This document shows, in pieces, positions 41,323 through 47,921 of a stretch of 47,921 nt of DNA. Each line of letters begins with the position of its first letter. Position 1 is the first letter of the stretch. Source of the DNA: a virus; IMG/VR virus record IMGVR_UViG_3300021082_000007; one strand, written 5' to 3'. Both the position numbers and the translations under genes were made by a program. Under the pieces are notes generated by a model, which was not told the origin of the DNA, did not search any database, and worked only from the letters and a program-made list of their open reading frames with translations.

Positions 41323-43361
41323 TTGCCCGGTTGAGTTGGCGGGGTGAAGTTAGCAGTCCACAACGCCTTGCCCTTGGTAACACGGAACTCATCGATGTAG
41401 CCGGTCCAGTAGTTGGTGTTGTTGCCGATCGCGCCGATCACGAACGACCAGGTGCTGACGTAGATCGGAAACATGCCGTAGTCGTTCGGTCCCGCGTCTA
41501 GCACACCATCGAGCCACGATCTGAAAACGCCAGCCTGTCTGGTTACAGCCCAGTGGTGCCACGCATTGGGTGTGACATCGTGAACGCCAACCACGCCCTG
41601 GGTAACCCAATCGCTGCCGGTCTTACCAAACCAGCACTGCATACGGTTGTCGGTGCCCATTAGCGCGCCGTGCGATAGTTCTGTCAGGCTTGGATTACAT
41701 CGGCCAAACAGTCCGCGGTTAACACCGGGGGAGCCGGTATTGTAGAGCCAGCAGTCGATGGTGAAATCACTAGTGCCGAAGTTCAGACTGGCTGGAGCTG
41801 TCGGAACGTAGCAGAGCTGGCCGCCGCTGAAGAGTGCAGCCGCGGTGCCAAACTTCTTCTGTTGTATATCGATAACCGCGGTGGCCTTCTGTACTACCTG
41901 CCGCTCTCGCGAACTGTCGTTGAAATTGCCGTCGAAGTGCAGCAGCAGCACAGTCTTGTCGGGATTGAGGGGGAGCAGCTCGGCTGGTGGCGTGAACTCG
42001 GCGGTCCACAGTGCCTTGCCGATAACGAAGCGCACCTCGTCTATGTAGCCCTTGAAACGGTTCTCGCCGGCATCGCCCATGCCGCCTATCCGCAGCGGCC
42101 CGGTGTAGTCTTTAAACGATGTTCCGGCAGGTATCGCGAAACCAGACCGCAAAGTGCCGTTGACGTAGATCTGAACCGCAGTGCCATTGCGGACGACTGC
42201 AACGTGCGTCCAAGTATTGAACGGAACGGCAGCTCCAGGCGATCCGGTGAAATACACTTGCACGCCGGCGTTGTTCGCATCCGATACAACCGCGCCATCC
42301 GAATTGATGTACAACATCAGATGACGGTTGTTGTAATCGCCGGCACCATCCATCTGTGTGATGACCGCGTAGTTGTCGCCGGCAGCGGGATAGTCGCTAA
42401 TATAGACCCAGGCGTCGGCAGTGAAATCCTGGGTGCCTATGACCCAGTGTGCGTGATCCGGGTAGCTGACGTAGCATTGCGCCGCCCGGTTCAGGTACAG
42501 CGAAAAAGCGCCGCCGAATGGCGTCGGGGTAATCGATGAAATGGCCGCGCCGCCGGAAGCTGTGGCGAGGCCGCGCTTGTACTGCGACGAGTCCGCCAGG
42601 TTATCGAAGTGCATCAGCAGCACTGTGTTCAGGTCTGGTTCTGGTCCGTACTGTGCATTCGGTGGCGTGAAGTTAGCGGTCCACCTGGCAATGCCGTTGC
42701 TGACGCGGAACTCATCGATATGGCCGTACATGTAGGCGTAGCCGCCGGGATTAGTCCAAGCACCAAGGCACGGACCGTAGGTGCAGATATTGAAGACGCC
42801 GTTGCCGCCAACCGCCTGGGTGCCTTGCAATATGCCGTTCTGGAACGTGTAGAACGTGCCACCTTTGCGCACGATCGCGCGATGGCACCATGCACCGACC
42901 TGGCGATTTCCCATCGGCAGTGAAGCGGCCAAATTCCAAGTCGCTTGGTCGTTGGAGGCGTAAAAATACAGTGCGTCTGTTCCCCAGCCGACTAGCATGG
43001 GAACATACACTACACCCAGCGTGTCCCACTCGAATGAAGGACGAGCGACCGTGTTGTCGTGGCAGTATTCCCACCAATCGATCGTGAAGTCGTTGTCGGA
43101 CAGGTTAAATGAATTATCCAGGTTGACCGGCGAATAACACAAACCGTTCTGGGTATTAAGCGACAAAGACGTGGGGCCAAACTTGCCGCCGGCACTTATA
43201 ATCCCGTTTGATATGACAACCGGCCCGTTCTGCTTTCGTGAATAATCAATAGCGTATGCCGAGCCTTGCGGCCCGTCGAAGTGCATGAGCCACGTCACAT
43301 AGGCGTCGTTGTAGAGCGTGTCGTCGCTGGGAATACTGAAGCCGAGGCCGCGCTTGCTCAT
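41319..43361 (-). CDS. Triple LamG/concanavalin-like lectin-domain protein (receptor-binding candidate)
   Basis: Three repeats of the L(L)HFDG...DSS...FG.AA..F.G......(T)SDFTID.W pattern. ATG 43361 forms an ATGA overlap with the upstream stop (track start 43421 is a GTG). Confidence 0.65.
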   Translation of the reverse strand: MSKRGLGFSIPSDDTLYNDAYVTWLMHFDGPQGSAYAIDYSRKQNGPVVISNGIISAGGKFGPTSLSLNTQNGLCYSPVNLDNSFNLSDNDFTIDWWEYCHDNTVARPSFEWDTLGVVYVPMLVGWGTDALYFYASNDQATWNLAASLPMGNRQVGAWCHRAIVRKGGTFYTFQNGILQGTQAVGGNGVFNICTYGPCLGAWTNPGGYAYMYGHIDEFRVSNGIARWTANFTPPNAQYGPEPDLNTVLLMHFDNLADSSQYKRGLATASGGAAISSITPTPFGGAFSLYLNRAAQCYVSYPDHAHWVIGTQDFTADAWVYISDYPAAGDNYAVITQMDGAGDYNNRHLMLYINSDGAVVSDANNAGVQVYFTGSPGAAVPFNTWTHVAVVRNGTAVQIYVNGTLRSGFAIPAGTSFKDYTGPLRIGGMGDAGENRFKGYIDEVRFVIGKALWTAEFTPPAELLPLNPDKTVLLLHFDGNFNDSSRERQVVQKATAVIDIQQKKFGTAAALFSGGQLCYVPTAPASLNFGTSDFTIDCWLYNTGSPGVNRGLFGRCNPSLTELSHGALMGTDNRMQCWFGKTGSDWVTQGVVGVHDVTPNAWHHWAVTRQAGVFRSWLDGVLDAGPNDYGMFPIYVSTWSFVIGAIGNNTNYWTGYIDEFRVTKGKALWTANFTPPTQPGN

Positions 43362-44131
43362 GCGATCAGGCTCCCGCACAGCACCCAAACATCCGTACTG
43401 ATCTTCGACAACGTCGCGCACGAACCCATCAACGGCAGTTTGCGCTTGCTGTTTTCGGAATTGATGGTGACGCCGGCGCCAGGCACGATGGTCACCACAT
43501 TGGCGATCGATGAAGCAATATCGATCTGCGCACCAAAAGCGAACGGCACCGTGGCATTGGTCGGCACGGTGATGCTAACCGCATTGCTGGGACCGTTGAA
43601 GATCGACAGCAGCTTGCCGGCGTCAGACAGGATGAGTGTGTAAGCCGTAACGCCGATGTTATTGATCGCCCGCACGCCGGCATCGACGTACTGCTTGGTG
43701 GCAACGCCAAGCAGTTGCGTTGGGTCTTTGGCGACGTAGATTTCACTATTAGCCCGATTAATCTGTATGGCATTGGCAGCGCCAGACACGCCGTCGTCGT
43801 CGTAGCGCACCAGTGTAAAACTAGATCCGGTATTGCCGCCGCTTTCGGCATCACCTCCCAATCGCCACAGCCAACGCCGCTTACCGTTTCTGTTAAATCG
43901 GACATCAGCGGTATTGCCGCCGATAACATCGTTGAGGGCCAAGACCGGCGACGTTTTATCAATCGTCAGATCGCCGGTCATCGTGTCGCCAGCCTTCAGG
44001 ACGAACTGCGCAGCTGGCGCCACCGCAACCCAGGCGACGCCATTCCACTGATATTGCGGCATGCCGACGACTGCCGGGACCGGGTAGAGGTCATTGATGG
44101 CTGGCGAGGATGGAAAGTTGATGCCCATCAC
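43358..44131 (-). CDS. Tail fibre protein
   Basis: INFPSSPAINDLY ... YQWNGVAWV N-terminus, GDTMTGDLTI and ATKQYVD motifs. Confidence 0.7.
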   Translation of the reverse strand: MMGINFPSSPAINDLYPVPAVVGMPQYQWNGVAWVAVAPAAQFVLKAGDTMTGDLTIDKTSPVLALNDVIGGNTADVRFNRNGKRRWLWRLGGDAESGGNTGSSFTLVRYDDDGVSGAANAIQINRANSEIYVAKDPTQLLGVATKQYVDAGVRAINNIGVTAYTLILSDAGKLLSIFNGPSNAVSITVPTNATVPFAFGAQIDIASSIANVVTIVPGAGVTINSENSKRKLPLMGSCATLSKISTDVWVLCGSLIA

Positions 44132-45867
44132 AACCTCGCATCAGCTTTGTATGAATATTCATAATACGCCCCCGCTGTGTCAGCAGTCGGTACAGCCGAT
44201 ATCCATACGCCTTCTATTCCTGGGCTACTCGACGACGGTTGAGCTGAAGGAAAACCAGCCAAAGCTACAACAGCGTAAGACATTACTGGCACGGCGCGCA
44301 TATACGGACGAAACGGCGAAGATACATAGTAACTAGCACCGGCATTGGCGTAGCCACTCCAGAACAAAGTGTTACCCAAGTTGCCTTGGGTCGATCTTTG
44401 ATAATACCGCTGGCATGTCACCAACTCCTGATCGAACGGGCGTATGATCAGCGGTGACTGTGCAGCAGTCGGCGCAAACGCACCTGGAAGAATGGAAACG
44501 CCGCGCAGCATCATGAATTGCGCAGTGGCATTTAGACTGTTCACTTGTCCTGGGGCGGCGAGATAATTACCGGCCGCCCATACGTTGGCAGTCGGTGCCG
44601 TATAAGTCGGGCCGCACGCCGAGCAAAAAGCGATGACTATCCCGCTAGTATTCAATACGTCCCATTGTCCGCCGGTATCACCCGGTATGGTGACCGTCTT
44701 GTACTCTCGCGTACCGCCAACATTCTGGGTGTAAGTCGCGACGTAGCTGCGATTGTTAAGGCCATTGCGAATAGAGATGCTGTAGGTGCCGGGAACGGTA
44801 TGTTCGCTCCAGAACGCGATCGTAATTGGCGACGCACCTTGAAACCCCCAACCTAGCCGGGACATGCGATAGCCCTCGATGCTTTGCTGGATAATGCTGT
44901 AGTCACTCGTCACCAACGTAGCCTTGCCGGTGGCTGTGTTAGAATAAATCCTATGGCTGAAACCGAGAACCGGAGCAGTGTTATCCACGGTCGCTCGCGC
45001 ACCCGGTATTCCGTTAGCTGAGAAAAACCAACTATCGCCGGCATGGCCGGTAAGCAAAACCGTACCCGCCCCCTCCTGATTGACAGTGAAGCCGCCATTG
45101 ATCTGCATACCGTTGTAGGCCAGCGCGTCGAACGGCACCGCCGCAGCCATCGCCGATGCGATCGCACTGTCGACGTAGTCCTTACGCACGGCATTGGCGG
45201 CGGCTGGCGTTGTCGGCAACGACAAATGTCCAAACATAGTATCGCCGGCCCTGGCGACGAACGCGGTCGGATCGAAGCTCGGCACCGCAACCGCCTGAAC
45301 CCACTGAGCCGGGCCGACACCGTCGTTATAGCGGACGTAAAGCATCCCAGAATCACTCTCCCACCAAAGCTGGCCATCGGTTGGGCTTGCCGGCGGCGTG
45401 TCGCTAACCGTCAACGATGATTTATTGTTGATAGCGTTGGTCAGCACCAGATCCGCAGCGTCGACATAATCCCGGCGCACCGCATTGGCCGCAGCTGGGC
45501 CGGTCGGCAGAAACAAATGCCCCGACATGGTGTCGCCGGTCTTCAGCACCTTGGTCGGGTCGGTGGCGGTGCCGCCGCCGCCGGTGAACTCGGTCCACTG
45601 CGAGCCGTTAAACGCGCCAGGCGGGACCGCGGCATTGGCGGTGTAAAGCTTGCCGGCTTGCACCACCATATCGCCGGCGGCGTAGCTGGCGCGGGCGTCG
45701 AAGTAGCGGATCGCCAGCAACGGCAGTGGCACGCCGACGCTGCCGGCGTTGGCATCGCCGACCGCCAACTGCCGATTGGCAGTATTCACCGCCAATTCGC
45801 CGGGCTCGAGCGGATTGGGGAACGCATTGGCCGGGTTGGCACTGCGCCGGTGGCGGTATTGCTTCAT
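44128..45867 (-). CDS. Tail fibre protein (paralogue B)
   Basis: Shares the N-terminal domain with 40006..41322; two GDTM(S/F)GHL.LPT.PAAANAVR.DYVD repeats. Confidence 0.8.
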   Translation of the reverse strand: MKQYRHRRSANPANAFPNPLEPGELAVNTANRQLAVGDANAGSVGVPLPLLAIRYFDARASYAAGDMVVQAGKLYTANAAVPPGAFNGSQWTEFTGGGGTATDPTKVLKTGDTMSGHLFLPTGPAAANAVRRDYVDAADLVLTNAINNKSSLTVSDTPPASPTDGQLWWESDSGMLYVRYNDGVGPAQWVQAVAVPSFDPTAFVARAGDTMFGHLSLPTTPAAANAVRKDYVDSAIASAMAAAVPFDALAYNGMQINGGFTVNQEGAGTVLLTGHAGDSWFFSANGIPGARATVDNTAPVLGFSHRIYSNTATGKATLVTSDYSIIQQSIEGYRMSRLGWGFQGASPITIAFWSEHTVPGTYSISIRNGLNNRSYVATYTQNVGGTREYKTVTIPGDTGGQWDVLNTSGIVIAFCSACGPTYTAPTANVWAAGNYLAAPGQVNSLNATAQFMMLRGVSILPGAFAPTAAQSPLIIRPFDQELVTCQRYYQRSTQGNLGNTLFWSGYANAGASYYVSSPFRPYMRAVPVMSYAVVALAGFPSAQPSSSSPGIEGVWISAVPTADTAGAYYEYSYKADARL

Positions 45868-45912
45868 GCGACCTCATCCTCAATTCAAGGCCTGGTAAAA
45901 GTCCGGCAGCGT

Positions 45913-46305
45913 TCAGCGTTTGCGGCCGCGGGCGGCTCCCGGCTCGGTAAAGGTGAAATCGATCGTTTCGCTGCGCATGCCACCGGTGCGGACGCCGACC
46001 GGGCAGGTGGCGGCAACGACAAACAAGCTCGGTTTGACGTTGGTGCGCACTTGCGTGTCGCTGAGTAACGCGGTCGGCTCATCGTGGCCGTTGAAAGTAA
46101 TGATACTGGCGTTGTTGAAGCCGGTGCCGTCGACAATCAGCTGCAAATCGGGATCGCCGCACATAGCGGTGTCTGGATTTAACCCGGTGACGGTCGGCGG
46201 GTCGACTTGCACGATCGTCGGCACGTTGTCGGATCCGCCGACGTTGATTTTGGCCGGACCCGGGATCGTCATCACCTGCGTTTCATCGATATGGTAAACC
46301 GTCAT
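45913..46305 (-). CDS. IPT/TIG-like Ig-fold protein (130 aa)
   Basis: PTVTGLNPDTAMCGDPDLQLIVDGTGFNNASIITFNG fits the IPT/TIG beta-sandwich pattern. Confidence 0.5.
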   Translation of the reverse strand: MTVYHIDETQVMTIPGPAKINVGGSDNVPTIVQVDPPTVTGLNPDTAMCGDPDLQLIVDGTGFNNASIITFNGHDEPTALLSDTQVRTNVKPSLFVVAATCPVGVRTGGMRSETIDFTFTEPGAARGRKR

Positions 46306-46316
46306 TTTGCGCCCTC

Positions 46317-46550
46317 CTAGAATGTGCCGCCGTCGAGCTGCACCCAGTAGCCATCGATCCTAACATAGGCCTCGCCGTCGATCGGCGCCTCACCAATTCC
46401 GCCGCCGCCGCCGCCGCCGCCGGTCATGGCGGCGAATGCGGAGGGTATACGCTTGTTGGCGGTCGGCGGGCCGATGTTGTTGATGACGTTGCTGCCGCCA
46501 ACCGGGTTGGCAGTCGGCATCCACAACGCTACGCGCAGGTTCTGGCTCAT
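46317..46550 (-). CDS. Small fibre-associated protein with a poly-Gly tract (77 aa)
   Basis: GGGGGGGGIGEAPIDGEAYVRIDGYWVQL resembles the (D/E)AP.DG..Y.R..G.W motif common in phage/GTA fibre proteins. Confidence 0.5.
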   Translation of the reverse strand: MSQNLRVALWMPTANPVGGSNVINNIGPPTANKRIPSAFAAMTGGGGGGGGIGEAPIDGEAYVRIDGYWVQLDGGTF

Positions 46551-47921
46551 GGCGGCAGCACCACCGGCACATGCGGCCTAAACCAGATCGCCCAGAACCG
46601 GGAATCGACCGGCGGCGCCACTGTCATTGTCAAAGTGCTGCCGCTGGCGTTGAAGTCGACCGCGGGCTCCTGGATAACTCCATCCAGACTGACCATCAGC
46701 TGCGCGCCGATGCCGATCGAGGTCGCGACCGCCGGCGGACCCGCGGTCGGATCGATGTAAGTCAGCGTGAAGGTTTTCTTGGTGCCGTCCGGGATCAGCG
46801 GCTCGACTTTGAAGCAGTCCACCTTGGCAGAATTGATCTGATCGGGCGGGATCATCAGATCCCACTGAATGACCGCGCCGGCGCCGGGTGCTTCAACGAG
46901 CGTCATGGAATCGGCGTTGACGTCGACGGTGTAATCGAAGGTTGGCAGGATCCGCACGCCGTTGAGGTAAACGTCATGCCCCTCATTGCTAAACAGCGGC
47001 GCCTTGCCGTTGATATCGAGGCCGCTGAACGTCACCTGGCCGGCGGTGGCGATGTAGACGTAGCGGGCTCGGAATCCCGGCGCGACGGTGACGCCTGGCG
47101 GCTGCCAAGCCGTGCCGTCCCAGACCATGATCGAGTTCTTGGTGGTGTCATAATAGAAACTGCCGATCGCCAGCGGGTCCGGCACCTTCTCACCCGTATT
47201 CGGGTTGGTTTCGCCGGGAATCGGTTGATAAGACCACGGCCCGAGGTAGTAGAAACCGATATTGCCGACCAATTGCTGGCAATAAACCGCCCACCACTTG
47301 GCCGAAAACAACCCACCGAGGCCGCCCATGCCGGAAACCGGCTGGTAGAACAAACCATCGGGAAAAGCCGAGCTGTTGATGAAATCCAACGCCGTGGAAT
47401 TATCAATAACCGGGCCGCCGAGGTACTCGGCCCACTGCAAAGCCTCATCTTTGGCCGCAATGGCGTTGTCGGCTTGCGCATCCGAGTAGTTTGCCGAGTT
47501 CTTGGCGTCGATCGCGGCAGATTCTGCTCTGTCCGCGGCGTTTTCCGCGTCGGAGGCGGAATCCAGCGCGTTGACGTTGCCGTGTGAGATCGCGCTGAGC
47601 ATTTGCGCGGCGGAAATCGCCGCGGCCTCGGCATCACTGGCTCTGAGATCGGTATCGCGGCCGCTTTGGACGACGACGCTGATCGCGTCGGCGGTTTTAT
47701 CGGCCGCGGCGACGATGCGATGCTCGATATCGGTGACTTCTGCGCGAATGTGTTTTAGATCGAAGCTGAGTTGCTCCTGGCCGACGCTGTTGTTTGCTAT
47801 TTTTCCGTCATCGCGGCGGATATCGGCCAGCGCAGCCTGGGTGGATTCTATCGCGACGATGAGATTGGCGATCTGCGCATCGAGCAAGTCGGCCGGGACC
47901 GCGCCACGCGGGCGTTCGGAA
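46547..47921 (-). CDS. Tail-fibre/tail-associated structural protein; 5' end runs off the window (continues at 128..165 in the circle)
   Basis: First gene of the late block. N-terminal Ala-rich coiled coil, then two beta-rich segments (YVYIATAGQVTFSGLDING...VYLNGVRIL...DYTV ; FTLTYID...VSLDGVIQEP.VDF) reminiscent of T7-fibre N-terminal-type domains. Confidence 0.55.
   Translation of the reverse strand, partial: SERPRGAVPADLLDAQIANLIVAIESTQAALADIRRDDGKIANNSVGQEQLSFDLKHIRAEVTDIEHRIVAAADKTADAISVVVQSGRDTDLRASDAEAAAISAAQMLSAISHGNVNALDSASDAENAADRAESAAIDAKNSANYSDAQADNAIAAKDEALQWAEYLGGPVIDNSTALDFINSSAFPDGLFYQPVSGMGGLGGLFSAKWWAVYCQQLVGNIGFYYLGPWSYQPIPGETNPNTGEKVPDPLAIGSFYYDTTKNSIMVWDGTAWQPPGVTVAPGFRARYVYIATAGQVTFSGLDINGKAPLFSNEGHDVYLNGVRILPTFDYTVDVNADSMTLVEAPGAGAVIQWDLMIPPDQINSAKVDCFKVEPLIPDGTKKTFTLTYIDPTAGPPAVATSIGIGAQLMVSLDGVIQEPAVDFNASGSTLTMTVAPPVDSRFWAIWFRPHVPVVLPP
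47795..47921. repeat. Right copy of the exact 127-bp terminal duplication (= 1..127)
   Basis: Identical to bases 1-127. Confidence 0.95.

Noticed and set aside
1-47921. Apparent abundance of CGATCG / GCGATCGC (e.g. near 5383, 5455, 6437, 7071, 15695, 24963, 40843)
   Set aside because: I cannot count or normalise reliably by eye. Preferred codon pairs (GCG-ATC-GCC, GAT-CGC) in a high-GC genome could explain it. It would need k-mer statistics against a codon-shuffled null.

Overview
The window is a complete phage genome. Bases 1-127 are identical to 47795-47921, so the unique sequence is 47,794 bp and closes into a circle (assembly overlap or circular permutation). It is high-GC, tightly packed, and holds about 60 genes, many with ATGA-type start/stop overlaps.

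Layout:
- 207-4241: small rightward early genes interleaved with three different repeat or hairpin systems and two long non-coding gaps.
- 4804-14156: replication/recombination module (AEP prim-pol, SF3 helicase, VRR-NUC, PD-(D/E)XK exonuclease, family-A DNA polymerase, SNF2 helicase).
- 14146-16182: leftward accessory operon with an orphan NPPF-type DNA methyltransferase and a Cro-like HTH protein.
- 16246-17514: rightward three-gene moron-like cassette. Its main product is a secreted protein ending in a PEP-CTERM/VPLPA-CTERM-type exosortase sorting signal.
- 17525-47921: one ~30-kb leftward late block. In transcription order it holds an ~8-kb receptor-binding/tail-fibre cluster, small membrane/lipoprotein lysis-like genes, large terminase, portal, scaffold, major capsid, T7-like adaptor and nozzle candidates, two acetyltransferase-fold proteins, a five-member family of Pro/Ala-rich small proteins, and three giant internal-virion-like proteins.

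I recognise no tail tube, sheath, tape measure, phage RNA polymerase, integrase, tRNA, small terminase or canonical endolysin. The best reading is a podovirus with a T7-like virion module but no RNAP. An alphaproteobacterial host is only an inference.

The most unusual items are:
- a hierarchical 12-copy GTGCTGGACCG array (3432-3700)
- two hairpin elements with identical flanks and different but perfectly palindromic cores (1986-2049, 3007-3068)
- an AT-rich iteron region (about 4597-4764)
- a duplicated A6T5 motif (17245, 38401)
- the phage-borne exosortase-substrate-like protein
- the small-protein family sharing a C-terminal peptide

All domain calls come from motif reading by eye. No database search was run.
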